NCBI GenBank assembly: GCA_026397015.1
Contig: JAPLVR010000005.1
Span: 32,001 to 96,000 of the forward strand
Source of the DNA: Candidatus Iainarchaeum sp.
GTDB taxonomy: Archaea; Iainarchaeota; Iainarchaeia; Iainarchaeales; JAAZKV01
DNA length: 64,000 bases
Direction of reading: 5' to 3'
A program made the translations under genes and the position numbers. Positions 54,487 to 64,000 of this stretch are shown here, one piece after another. The notes beneath the pieces were generated by a model. It worked only from the letters and a program-made list of their open reading frames with translations. It was not told the origin of the DNA and made no database searches. Every line of letters starts with the position of its first letter. The first letter of the stretch is position 1.

Positions 54487-55389
54487 CTATTCGGTCTGCA
54501 GGAGTTCCAACGCGGTGTGTGCCGCTATCGCCCCTTCTCCGACAGCTGTGCTGATTTGGTTCAGCGGCTTTTCAATGCAATCGCCGGCCGCCAAAATTCC
54601 TTTTGTGCTTGTTTCCATTTTGTTGTTTACAATTATCTGCCCCTCGGCGCTTTTTTTCACATCAACGAATCCAGTGTTCGGTTCTTCACCCGCATAAATG
54701 AACGCCCCGTTTGCAGAAATCACTTTTTCTTCTTCATCAGGCAGTTTCAGGATAATTTTTTCCAAAAATTTTCCGCCTTTGAATTCCTTTACATTGGCGC
54801 CGAAAATGGTTTCTATTTTTTTCGCTTCAACAAATTCCCTTGCGGGCTTGTCTCCCTTAAGTTCATTTGATGTGCAAATAATCGTTACTTTTTTTGCAAT
54901 TTTTTCCATGTAAAGCGCTTCATTGAGCGCCATATTGTCGCAGCCGATTATCGCGACTTCCTTTCCAGCATAAACCGGCCCGTCGCAGGTTGCACAGTAA
55001 TGCACTCCCTTGTTCGTGAATTTTTTTTCTCCGGGCACATTCAGCCATTTGCTTTTCGAGCCCACAGCAACAATTACGACTCCGGCACGCACATTTTCTT
55101 TTTGTGTCAAAATTTCTTTCTCTTTTCCAAAGTCATTAATTTTTAGCACGATTTCCTGCATTATTTCGGCTCCGGCTTTTCTTGCCTGTTCCTTGAGCCT
55201 TTCCATTAGGTCTGCTCCGCTAATTTCTGAAAAACCCGGGTAGTTTCTTACCTTTCCTGCCAAATTTGCTTTTCCGCCGACTATTCCTCTTTCAATCACA
55301 AGTGTTTTTAGTCCGTAATTCGCGCAGTAAAGCGCTGCGCTCAAACCCGCCGGTCCGGACCCTATTATTGCCACATCAACTTGTTTCAT
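54487..55389 (-). CDS. trxB: Thioredoxin reductase-like flavoprotein
   Basis: IIGSGPAG, NYPG, GVHYCATCDG, GILAAGD, QISTAVGEGAIAA. Confidence 0.88.
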   Translation of the reverse strand: MKQVDVAIIGSGPAGLSAALYCANYGLKTLVIERGIVGGKANLAGKVRNYPGFSEISGADLMERLKEQARKAGAEIMQEIVLKINDFGKEKEILTQKENVRAGVVIVAVGSKSKWLNVPGEKKFTNKGVHYCATCDGPVYAGKEVAIIGCDNMALNEALYMEKIAKKVTIICTSNELKGDKPAREFVEAKKIETIFGANVKEFKGGKFLEKIILKLPDEEEKVISANGAFIYAGEEPNTGFVDVKKSAEGQIIVNNKMETSTKGILAAGDCIEKPLNQISTAVGEGAIAAHTALELLQTE

Positions 55390-55414
55390 AAGGGAGGTTG
55401 GGTGGAAAGTGCTT

Positions 55415-55990
55415 TTATTTCTTGCCTCTTGCGAACCAGCCAATTGTCAACCCGAAAATAAGTGTTACCGCCACTATTTCCGCAAGCAGCGAAGGATCAA
55501 TAGTTTTTTCGGGCGGCAAAATGTTTGGGCATTCCGGAAGGGCGTTTGTGCTAAGCATTTTTTCTTCAACGGCTGTGGGAAGGGCTGCGCCGGTCAAGTC
55601 TTTGTTCGCGCTCAAAACATTTCCGCCCTGCGTTTCGAGTGTTGTTTGCGACTGCAGCAAAATGAAAAGAAATGCCGAAAATGCCAATGCGCCGATGCAG
55701 AGCATCACCAAAATTTTCGCCTCTTCAAACTGCTGCGGCGCAATTATTTGTTGCCCCTTTTTTGTAAGAGAATAATATTTCCATTTTCTTCCTTCGTCTG
55801 TTAAATCAATCAGCCCCGCATTTCTAAGGATGTCGCAGTGTTCCTTTACTGTTGAGGCTCCGAGAGAGAGTTGGCGGCTCAACTCGCTGAGCGTTTTTCT
55901 CCTTTCGCGCAAAGTTTTCATGATGCTTACCCTGCTCCCGGCGGCAAGCGCCTTGAAACTGATTCCATCGAGAACTATTTTTTGGTCCAT
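55415..55990 (-). CDS. ArsR-type wHTH regulator with two C-terminal TM segments
   Basis: FKALAAGSRVSI, TLSELS, EGRKWKYYSLT followed by TMs. Confidence 0.85.
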   Translation of the reverse strand: MDQKIVLDGISFKALAAGSRVSIMKTLRERRKTLSELSRQLSLGASTVKEHCDILRNAGLIDLTDEGRKWKYYSLTKKGQQIIAPQQFEEAKILVMLCIGALAFSAFLFILLQSQTTLETQGGNVLSANKDLTGAALPTAVEEKMLSTNALPECPNILPPEKTIDPSLLAEIVAVTLIFGLTIGWFARGKK

Positions 55991-56063
55991 CTCAATCCGG
56001 TCCTTTATTGCAGAAACATTCTGTCTTTTTGTGTTTTTAAGGGTTTTGATTTTGTTCGGTTTT

Positions 56064-57056
56064 TTAAGCGGTTTCCGGCTTTTTTCCGGGATAAATTAAA
56101 GTTATGAGCGCGTAGTAAATCCCCGCGAGGTTTCCCGTAACAAGCCCGGAAACAAAAAGCACGAAAAGGAAAGCGACTATGGGATAAATTATCCACGCAT
56201 AAGGCGCAATTTTTTTCAGCGGCAGTGCGTTTTCAATCGCACTCGCCATGTCCCCGCTGCCGGCATTTTTTGCGAGTTCGTTTTGCATCGCAGTCGTCAA
56301 AGTAGCCCTGTATTCATCGGAATTTATTTGTTCATTTATTGCATCCGCCATTGCAACGTAAGCAATCGTGTCCGCGTCTGTTTTTTCTCGTAGAACGTTA
56401 AATTGTTGTGTGCTTCCAAGTTGATTGAGAAGCGCTTTTTGTGTTTGTATTGTCGCATCGATTTGCGCGTTCATTATTTGCTCTTTCAAATTTCCCTGGT
56501 CGCCGACAGTTGCATTGATTAAATCGGAAGTGAAATTCGCTTCATACTCCTTGCTGTTTGCGGAATTTATTACTATTAAATAAATGAAGAAGCCTATTGC
56601 GGCAAACAGCGCGATTTTTCCCGCGGCTTCGCTTCCTGCCCTGAAACTCACAAATACCTTCAATTCCTTTTCCCTTGCTTCAAGAAGTTTTATTCCGATT
56701 GGGATTCCTATGCATATGAAAAGCGCCGGCACCAAAAAATCCGTTAACTTGAAAATTATTGCCCCGATTGCGGCGCCGGCAATGAAGCCCGTTTCCGCAA
56801 ATATTGTTGCATAAAAAAATGAGTTGTTTTTGCCGAAAAATTTTTTCGCAATCATGAGAATTATTGCAATAGACAGTGCGCTTATCAGGAGGAATATTCC
56901 AAAGTTCGCGCTGAATGTCAGCTGGGTCAGCGGAATGACGTTGAGCGTGTTAAAATTGCTTATTTTTATTCCTGTTAGGGAAAAAGTGAAAGCGGAAACA
57001 ATCAGCGTTATCGCCAGAACCGCCGACAGGATAGCGCCCTCAATTTTTTGTTCCAT
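56064..57056 (-). CDS. Multi-TM membrane protein
   Basis: About 6 hydrophobic segments and a helical loop. Confidence 0.7.
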   Translation of the reverse strand: MEQKIEGAILSAVLAITLIVSAFTFSLTGIKISNFNTLNVIPLTQLTFSANFGIFLLISALSIAIILMIAKKFFGKNNSFFYATIFAETGFIAGAAIGAIIFKLTDFLVPALFICIGIPIGIKLLEAREKELKVFVSFRAGSEAAGKIALFAAIGFFIYLIVINSANSKEYEANFTSDLINATVGDQGNLKEQIMNAQIDATIQTQKALLNQLGSTQQFNVLREKTDADTIAYVAMADAINEQINSDEYRATLTTAMQNELAKNAGSGDMASAIENALPLKKIAPYAWIIYPIVAFLFVLFVSGLVTGNLAGIYYALITLIYPGKKPETA

Positions 57057-57156
57057 GCAAAGAATATTGCTTACCTCTATTTAAGGTTTTTTCTTGCAGG
57101 TTTCTCCTTGGCAAAGAACGCTTAAAAATTCTTTGCCCCAGAAATTCTTGTTGTTT

Positions 57157-59868
57157 ATGGCTGCGAAAAAATCTTCAAAACGAACTGGCTCCGCGAAGGA
57201 AAAAAAGGAAAACGCGGGTAAAGCGCCGGTCGCGGAAAAAAAATTTGATTTTGCATCGGTTGAAAAAAAATGGCAGTCGGAATGGGAAAAAGCCGGCGTT
57301 TTTAAAACCGAAGAAAATTCGAAGAAGCCGAAAATCTACGTTCTTGAAATGTTTCCGTATCCTTCCGGTTCCGGTCTTCACATGGGGCATACACTGAATT
57401 ACACAATAGGAGATGTTTTTGCGCGCTTCAAGCGCATGAACGGTTTCAACGTTTTGTACCCGATGGGTTATGACGCCTTCGGCCTTCCGGCGGAGAACGC
57501 GGCGATTAAAGCAGGAGTTCATCCAAAAAAATATACTGAAGAGTCGATACAAACTTTCATGAAACAGCAAAAGGGATTGGGCCTAAGCTATGATTGGAGC
57601 AAGCTGCTCGCGACCTGCAATCCTGATTATTATAAGTGGAACCAGTATTTTTTCCTCAAATTTTTTGAGAAAGGCCTCGCTTACAGAAAAAAGGCGGCTG
57701 TTAATTGGTGTCCAGATTGCGAAACAGTTTTAGCCAATGAGCAGGTTCATTCAGGAAAATGTTGGCGTCATGAAGAAACAGATGTTGAGATAAGGCACCT
57801 CGAACAGTGGTTTCTAAAAACGACATCTTACTCGGACGAATTGCTTGAATGCATTCCTAAACTTCAGTGGCCCGCGCGCATAAAATCTATACAGGAGAAC
57901 TGGATTGGAAAAAGTTTTGGGACTGAAATTTTGTTCGAGATAAATGGAAAAAAGTGGCCGATTTTTACAACGCGCCCGGACACAATCTTCGGCGTCACTT
58001 TTATGGTTGTTTCTGCGCAACACCCGCGCTTGAATGGACTTGTTACTGCGGCACAGAAAAGAGAAGTCGATGATTTTTTGAGGAAAATAAAATCCACAAG
58101 CGAAAAAGACACTACTGAATTGGAAAAAGAAGGCGCATTCACCGGCAGCTATGCGACAAATCCTCTTACAAATGAGAATGTTCCGATTTACGCCGGCAAC
58201 TTTGTTGTCGCGGATTACGGCAGCGGGATGGTGATGGCCGTTCCCGCCCACGACCAGCGCGACTTCGAGTTCGCAAAGAAGTATAATATTCCAGTTAAGG
58301 TTGTGATTCAGCCGAAGGGAAAAAATATTTCTGCGGAATTAATAGGGGAAGCTTTTGTTGATGAAGGCGTTTTGGTTAATTCCACAAAGTTTTCCGGCTT
58401 GGAGAGCAAAAAATCAATTGAAGAAATCACCGAACATTTGGAAAAAATCGGTTTGGGAAAGAAAACAGTAAATTACAAGTTCCGTGACTGGCTCATTTCG
58501 AGGCAGCGCTACTGGGGTACGCCAATTCCAGTTGTGTATTGTGAAAAGTGCGGGATTGTTCCAGTTCCAGAAAAGGATTTGCCCGTTTTGTTGCCTGAAA
58601 AAGTTGAATTCGGAAAGGGAAATCCTCTTCTTTCGAATAAAGAATTTGTAAATGTTAAGTGCCCGAAGTGCGGCGGCACGTCGAGAAGGGAAACCGACAC
58701 GATGGACACTTTCTTTGACAGCAGCTGGTACTTTTTGCGCTACTGCGACAACAAAAACTCAAAGGTACCTTTCGATAAGAAGAAGATTGAATATTGGATG
58801 CCTGTCGACCAGTACATCGGCGGTGCAGAGCACGCGTGCATGCACCTAATTTATGCCCGTTTTTTTACAAAGGCTCTTCGCGACTTAGGGTTTGTTTCTT
58901 TTGACGAGCCTTTTACAAAACTTTTCAATCAGGGAATGCTTCACGGTTCCGACGGGCACGTGATGTCGAAGTCGCGGGGCAATATCGTTCTCCCGGAAGA
59001 AGTAAGCAAAAAATACGGGATTGATACCGCAAGGCTGTTTTTGCTTTCTCAGGCCGCCCCAGACAAGGATATGGGGTGGAAGGAGGAAGGAATTGAAGGA
59101 AGCCTGCGCGCAGTTATGAAAATAGTTTCTTATTTTGAAAATCCGCGCCCCGGCAAATCCAGCAGGAAAATTGAAAGCAAGATTCACAGGGCAATACGCA
59201 ACATTACTTCAGATATAGAAAATTTCCGCTACAATTTTGCGATAATAAACCTGAGAAAATTGTTTGATGCTATCGAGGGCGAGGAAAAAGTTTCAAAGGA
59301 GCATCTCGAAATTTTCTTGAAGCTGTTGCATCCGATATGCCCGCACATTACCGAAGAATTGTGGCGCGCAATCGGAAATAAGGCTCTTGTTGCGTCTGAA
59401 AAATGGCCTGAGTGTGATGCAAAGCTGATTGATGAAAATTTGGAAAGGATTGAAGCTGCTGTTAGTTCGCTTCGCCTCGATATTTTGCGCATCAAAGAAC
59501 TGGCGAAGCTTGAAAAGGTTTCGAAGGTGAGAATTTTCGTGGCGCAGGAGTGGAAGTGGAAAGCGCTAAAAATAATTGTTTCTGTATGCGATGGCAGACC
59601 CGATTTCGGCGCGGCAATGAAAGCTCTTATGGCGGACCCTGAAATAAAACAACATTCCTCCGAAATCCAGCCCTTCATTAAGGGCGCGCTTTCGAGATTG
59701 GGCGAGCTTTCAATGCTTGAAAAGTTCGACGAGGTTTCGGTTTTGAAGGAAGCGGCGCCTGTGCTAGAAAAAGAATTTGGAAAAATCGAAATAATGAAGT
59801 CCGAGGAATCGGCAGAACCAAAGGCAAGGAACGCTTTTCCGGGAAAGCCGGCGCTGATTATCGAATAA
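57157..59868 (+). CDS. leuS: Leucyl-tRNA synthetase (bacterial-type core)
   Basis: MFPYPSG..LHMGH, GYDAFGLPAENAA, FTTRPDT, VPAHDQRD, YIGGAEHA, MSKS. Confidence 0.96.
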   Translation: MAAKKSSKRTGSAKEKKENAGKAPVAEKKFDFASVEKKWQSEWEKAGVFKTEENSKKPKIYVLEMFPYPSGSGLHMGHTLNYTIGDVFARFKRMNGFNVLYPMGYDAFGLPAENAAIKAGVHPKKYTEESIQTFMKQQKGLGLSYDWSKLLATCNPDYYKWNQYFFLKFFEKGLAYRKKAAVNWCPDCETVLANEQVHSGKCWRHEETDVEIRHLEQWFLKTTSYSDELLECIPKLQWPARIKSIQENWIGKSFGTEILFEINGKKWPIFTTRPDTIFGVTFMVVSAQHPRLNGLVTAAQKREVDDFLRKIKSTSEKDTTELEKEGAFTGSYATNPLTNENVPIYAGNFVVADYGSGMVMAVPAHDQRDFEFAKKYNIPVKVVIQPKGKNISAELIGEAFVDEGVLVNSTKFSGLESKKSIEEITEHLEKIGLGKKTVNYKFRDWLISRQRYWGTPIPVVYCEKCGIVPVPEKDLPVLLPEKVEFGKGNPLLSNKEFVNVKCPKCGGTSRRETDTMDTFFDSSWYFLRYCDNKNSKVPFDKKKIEYWMPVDQYIGGAEHACMHLIYARFFTKALRDLGFVSFDEPFTKLFNQGMLHGSDGHVMSKSRGNIVLPEEVSKKYGIDTARLFLLSQAAPDKDMGWKEEGIEGSLRAVMKIVSYFENPRPGKSSRKIESKIHRAIRNITSDIENFRYNFAIINLRKLFDAIEGEEKVSKEHLEIFLKLLHPICPHITEELWRAIGNKALVASEKWPECDAKLIDENLERIEAAVSSLRLDILRIKELAKLEKVSKVRIFVAQEWKWKALKIIVSVCDGRPDFGAAMKALMADPEIKQHSSEIQPFIKGALSRLGELSMLEKFDEVSVLKEAAPVLEKEFGKIEIMKSEESAEPKARNAFPGKPALIIE

Positions 59869-59925
59869 ATTATTAAGGTGGTTTGCTTTTAATGGATTAT
59901 TTTGTGGATAATAAAAGTGGTTGCA

Positions 59926-60435
59926 ATGGCTGATGAGGGCGATGTTGAGGAAGTTTTGCTTCCGAGGATTGAGCGCGAAAAAATTTTGGAGGCGGCGCTT
60001 TTCATGTCTCCGAAGCCCATCTCCCTGGAAGAGCTGAATAAAATAGCTGAAGTGAATTCGCGGCTTGAAACCAAAGCCATGCTCGATGAACTGATTCACT
60101 TTTACTCCACCAGGAAAACCGCGCTTGAAATTGTGGAGCTTCCGATAGGATACCAGATGCGCGTGAAGCCAAATTATGAATCAAAAGTACAGCATTTGGC
60201 ACAGGATTCAATGTTCCATAAGGGAATAATGAAGACGCTCGGGCTTATTGCATACAAACAGCCGATTACGCAGGCGACCGTCATAAAGTATAGGAACAAC
60301 AAGGCTTACGATCACCTGAAGGCGCTTGTTGAAAACGGTTTTGTAAAGAAAGAGCCGCAGGGGCGCACCTTCATCCTGACAACGACTACAAAATTCATTG
60401 AATATTTTGGAAAAGATTTTAGCGGAAAGAATTAG
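59926..60435 (+). CDS. scpB: Segregation/condensation protein B
   Basis: LEAALFMS, TLGLIAYKQPIT, TTTKFIEYFG. Confidence 0.92.
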   Translation: MADEGDVEEVLLPRIEREKILEAALFMSPKPISLEELNKIAEVNSRLETKAMLDELIHFYSTRKTALEIVELPIGYQMRVKPNYESKVQHLAQDSMFHKGIMKTLGLIAYKQPITQATVIKYRNNKAYDHLKALVENGFVKKEPQGRTFILTTTTKFIEYFGKDFSGKN

Positions 60436-60461
60436 GGTTTGATTTTTAAAGAATTATTTTT

Positions 60462-61112
60462 TTAAAACAGTTTTTTTTGGTGCGCCTTTTTCAGCGCGGC
60501 TTCGCAGTTTTTCCAGAAAATTCTTGAGAACGGCGGAAGCTTTTTGTGCTTCTCGACGTATTCATTCAAATATTTCTGGGTTTTCGGGTCCGCAGGATAT
60601 CCCGAGCCGATGTCCCCGAATTTTTTTGAGAGTTTTTCAATTTCATTGTCGCGCTTAACTTTCGCTAAGATGCTTGCCGCCCCGACAACGACATATTTCG
60701 AATCCGCCTTGTTTTCCGCGGTTATTTTTATTTTTTTGCCGGTGTATCTTCTTATGCGCGCCTCAAAACTTCCTTCGACCGTATCGGGGCTGTCAATGAA
60801 AATAATTTCCGGTTTGTGTTTCAGGGAATTAATCATTTTTCCGATTTGCATCGCTTCGATTTCATTTAACGAATAGCGCACCATCAAATCGTTTATTTCA
60901 ATCGGCTTCAGCACAATTGTTTTGTGTTCGGCGGATTTTTTTTTCACAATCTTTTCCAGTTTTTTCCTTTTGTTGGGAAGCAGCTCTTTTGAGTCCCTCA
61001 CCCCCTCCTCTCGCAACTCCTCCTCCGCCCCCTTTTCCATTACCACGATGCTCAGCGTCATCGGGCCGAAGCACGGCCCCCTTCCCGCCTCATCCACTCC
61101 TGCTATTAACAT
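60462..61112 (-). CDS. rnhB: Ribonuclease HII
   Basis: GVDEAGRGP, DSK, AASILAKV.RD, GSGYPADP. Confidence 0.96.
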   Translation of the reverse strand: MLIAGVDEAGRGPCFGPMTLSIVVMEKGAEEELREEGVRDSKELLPNKRKKLEKIVKKKSAEHKTIVLKPIEINDLMVRYSLNEIEAMQIGKMINSLKHKPEIIFIDSPDTVEGSFEARIRRYTGKKIKITAENKADSKYVVVGAASILAKVKRDNEIEKLSKKFGDIGSGYPADPKTQKYLNEYVEKHKKLPPFSRIFWKNCEAALKKAHQKKLF

Positions 61113-61212
61113 TCAACCACTTTTTGCACGGCTTAAAGTAAGTGATGCGGTTGTTAATAAAAAAGAAGTCGTTGATAAAAAGAAATGTTAAATAAGCAGA
61201 GTGATTTTCTGT

Positions 61213-61512
61213 TTATTCGATTCTTCCGAGCGTGTCTTTCAGCTTCGCAACTTCCCTGTCGCAGCCGTTGCATGCGTCGATTGCGTCGAGGCAAGCACCC
61301 CTGTTTATTTTGTTTCTTTCTATTGCCGCTGAAGAGCCGTTTTTAGTTCTCAATTCGTGGAACTCTGCCTTGTAGTAATCGTAAGCCCTTTTTGTTGCAT
61401 CCAAAGCGTTGCCCCTTTCTCTGTCGCTGGCCTTAAAGCCCTTGTACAGATTGCACAACCCGCAGTTTTTTCTCGCGATGACCAAAAGGTCTGTTATGTT
61501 CTGGGCTCTCAT
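61213..61512 (-). CDS. Hypothetical Cys-containing protein
   Basis: 99 aa, CGLC and C..AIDACNGC; TATA ~25 nt upstream. Confidence 0.65.
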   Translation of the reverse strand: MRAQNITDLLVIARKNCGLCNLYKGFKASDRERGNALDATKRAYDYYKAEFHELRTKNGSSAAIERNKINRGACLDAIDACNGCDREVAKLKDTLGRIE

Positions 61513-61669
61513 AATAACTCTAGATTATGATAAAGTAATATAAATCCTGCAGATGAGGCGAAATCTGCTGAATAAAGTCGGTTGGTGTGGCTGGTTGTTT
61601 TGGTCAAAATTTTTTTTAGGGGCGTTCGAAAACCAAATGGTTAAAAATTATGCCGTAGGCTTTGATGTT

Positions 61670-62050
61670 ATGGCTGAACCGGATTTTTCAAAACTTGGGG
61701 GCTTGGTGCCTGTTGTGGTCCAGGATTACAAAACCAAGGAAGTTTTGATGGTCGCTTTTATGAATCAGGGGGCTTGGCAAAAAACTCTTGAAACGGGAAA
61801 AGCACATTTCTTCAGCAGGTCAAGGAACAAGCTCTGGCTTAAGGGGGAAACTTCTGGGAATTTTCAGATAGTTAAGGAAATCCTGGTTGATTGCGATTTG
61901 GACACCGTTTTGCTTAAGGTGGAGCAGTTCGGCGGCGCAGCTTGTCACACCGGATACAACAGTTGTTTTTACCAGAAATTAGCCGGCAAAGAATTTGAGA
62001 TTATTAAGAAGAAAAGGGTTTTTGACCCGAAAAAAGTTTATGGTGGTTGA
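61670..62050 (+). CDS. hisI: Phosphoribosyl-AMP cyclohydrolase
   Basis: [29 protein letters not shown]. Confidence 0.95.
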   Translation: MAEPDFSKLGGLVPVVVQDYKTKEVLMVAFMNQGAWQKTLETGKAHFFSRSRNKLWLKGETSGNFQIVKEILVDCDLDTVLLKVEQFGGAACHTGYNSCFYQKLAGKEFEIIKKKRVFDPKKVYGG

Positions 62051-62051
62051 A

Positions 62052-62927
62052 ATGGCGGGAAAATTAAAGTTGGGAATACCTGCCGGGAGCCTGCAGGAAG
62101 CCACGATTCAGCTTTTCAAGAAAGCGGGCTTCAATATTGCCGTCAAGGAGCGTTCATATTATCCGAGCATTAATGACGATGAAATTGAATGTATTTTAAT
62201 CAGGGCGCAGGAAATACCGCGCTATGTTGAAGAGGGTGTTCTGGATTTGGGTTTGAGCGGGAAAGATTGGATAACCGAAAACAATTCCGATGTGGTAGAA
62301 GTCGCAGAATTAAAATATTCTAAAATAAGCAAGGGCCCGGTAAGGTTTGTTATCGCCGTTCCCGAAAATTCAAGCATCAGGTCTGTGAAAGACCTTGAGG
62401 GGAAAAGAATTGCAACCGAGCTTGTCAATGTTACAAAAAATTATCTGAAGAAAAATAAGGTGAATGCGGAGGTGGAGTTTTCGTGGGGCGCCACCGAGGT
62501 GAAGCCGCCGAGACTTGTAGACGCGATTGCCGAATTGACCGAAACTGGGAGTTCGCTTAGGGCGAACAACCTTAGGATAGTGGAAACGATTATGGAATCA
62601 ACTACAAGGCTCATAGCAAACAAAGAGAGCTATAAAGAGAAATGGAAAAAGGAAAAAATAGAAGATATCAGGTTGTTGCTGCAGGGCGCGCTTGATGCCG
62701 ATGAAAAAGTCGGGCTAAAAATGAATGTAAAAGAAAGCGATTTGGATAAAATAGTCGGCTTGTTGGATGGCATGAAGAGCCCAACTGTTTCTCACTTACG
62801 CCTAAAGGGTTGGCTCTCGATTGAAGTAATAATGTCCGAGAAAAGCGTAAGGGAGCTGATACCAAAATTGAAAAAGATGGGCGCGCAGGACATAATCGAG
62901 TATCCGCTGAACAAAGTAATCCATTAA
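62052..62927 (+). CDS. hisG: ATP phosphoribosyltransferase (long form)
   Basis: RAQEIP.YV..G..DLG.SG.DW, SWGATE, TETGSSL.AN.L, C-terminal regulatory domain. Confidence 0.95.
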   Translation: MAGKLKLGIPAGSLQEATIQLFKKAGFNIAVKERSYYPSINDDEIECILIRAQEIPRYVEEGVLDLGLSGKDWITENNSDVVEVAELKYSKISKGPVRFVIAVPENSSIRSVKDLEGKRIATELVNVTKNYLKKNKVNAEVEFSWGATEVKPPRLVDAIAELTETGSSLRANNLRIVETIMESTTRLIANKESYKEKWKKEKIEDIRLLLQGALDADEKVGLKMNVKESDLDKIVGLLDGMKSPTVSHLRLKGWLSIEVIMSEKSVRELIPKLKKMGAQDIIEYPLNKVIH

Positions 62928-62968
62928 AATGCGGTTCTGGCGCAGTAAAAAAAAGAAGGTTGCCGCCT

Positions 62969-63886
62969 TTACGCGGCAACATCTATGTTTAATCTTTTCT
63001 TCAGTTCCCTGTACCTATTTCTGATTGTTACTTCAGTAACACCCGCGACATTCGCGACTTCCTTTTGCGTTCTCCTTTCTCCCTTCAAGAGTCCGGCGAT
63101 GTAAACCGCTGCTGCCGCAACTCCTGTCGGGCCCCTTCCAGAAATTAGTCCTTTCTTTATCGCTTCTTCCAAAATTTTTCTTCCCTCTTCCTGCACTTCT
63201 CCGCTCAGGTTTAACTCAGAAGCAAATCTTGGAATGTAGTGAATAGGGTTTGTCAGTGGAACGCCCAAATTCAGTTCGCGTACAAGAAATCTGTATGTTC
63301 TTCCGATTTCTTTTTTTGTGAGTCCGCTTGCTTCTGCCATTTCGTTAAGCGTTCTTGGAACATGGTATGTTCTGCACACTGTGTACAGCACCGCTGCCAC
63401 AACCGCCTCAATCAGTCTTCCCCTAATGAGCCCCTTTTTTACGGTTTTTCTGTAAAGCAAGGCAGCAGCCTCAACCAGTGTTTCGGGTATGTTCAAATAT
63501 GAAGCAACCCTTCTCATTTCTGTAAGAGCGATTGAGAGGTTTCTCTGCATTGAGGATGAAATGCTTGCCCTCTTGTGCCACTTAATTAATCTGTACATTT
63601 GCGCCCTGCTTTTGCTCGAAAGTTTATTTCCCCTTAAATCTGTTCCGCGCCTGTCAATCATCGTTACAAGCCCTTTGTTTAATTTTACATATTTCATCGG
63701 GCTTCCAGTGCGCGCGCTCTTTTCCGTACTATCACCATCAAAGCTTCTCCACTCTTTTCCAGAATCAATCATTGCGTCTTCTGAAACTATGAGGCCGCAT
63801 TGCATACAAACCGCTTCTCCCTTAGAAGAGTCCACCTTTATTTTTTTGCTTCCGCACTCTGGGCATTCAAGAACCAAATATACCAT
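62969..63886 (-). CDS. tfb: Transcription initiation factor IIB
   Basis: CPECG...C..CG zinc ribbon, EWRSF, two cyclin repeats, VTEVTIRNRY. Confidence 0.97.
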   Translation of the reverse strand: MVYLVLECPECGSKKIKVDSSKGEAVCMQCGLIVSEDAMIDSGKEWRSFDGDSTEKSARTGSPMKYVKLNKGLVTMIDRRGTDLRGNKLSSKSRAQMYRLIKWHKRASISSSMQRNLSIALTEMRRVASYLNIPETLVEAAALLYRKTVKKGLIRGRLIEAVVAAVLYTVCRTYHVPRTLNEMAEASGLTKKEIGRTYRFLVRELNLGVPLTNPIHYIPRFASELNLSGEVQEEGRKILEEAIKKGLISGRGPTGVAAAAVYIAGLLKGERRTQKEVANVAGVTEVTIRNRYRELKKRLNIDVAA

Positions 63887-64000
63887 CCTCCTACCTGCTC
63901 ACCATCAAAGACTGACAAAAGTCACCAAATAGCGCTTAATTATAAAAACCCCTAGCAAGAAAGTTTATAAATGTTTCCAAATCGGGCCTTTTTTCGTCTC

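Noticed and set aside
1-64000. CRISPR array, integrase, full transposase, rRNA
   Set aside because: No regularly spaced repeat-spacer array or recognisable motifs. The repeats found are coding repeats, pairs or dispersed palindromes.

Overview
Archaeal chromosomal segment: it carries TFB, Dph5, Pus10, NucS, a Trm5-like methyltransferase, DUF63 and TATA-box promoters. Compact genes, bacterial-type LeuRS/Adk/HisG and many Cys-rich surface proteins suggest a DPANN archaeon, possibly Iainarchaeota/Diapherotrites (inference only). Most of the window is housekeeping (ppdK, eno, valS, leuS, adk, sufS, scpA/scpB, rnhB, nth, trxB, hisI-hisG, tfb, tRNA-Leu, tRNA-Trp), interspersed with surface proteins and a RelE-type toxin-antitoxin pair. 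No CRISPR array, integrase or full transposase was seen. The most unusual signals are: (1) three paralogous box C/D-like small RNAs, split by a voltage-gated ion-channel island bounded by a 40-bp direct repeat; (2) a dispersed palindrome that abuts the 5' end of both tRNAs and also flanks a ~90-bp IS200/IS605-like miniature element whose end supplies the stop codon of a KaiC-like gene; (3) two candidate C-terminal sorting motifs on surface proteins (PPALP[EQ]-stop and [TA]G[LF]F-TM); (4) enzymes with altered catalytic motifs (DapA-like protein lacking the Schiff-base Lys, TrxR lacking NADPH motifs); (5) small genes and gene remnants missed by the ORF track. All family calls come from motif recognition by eye; no searches were run.
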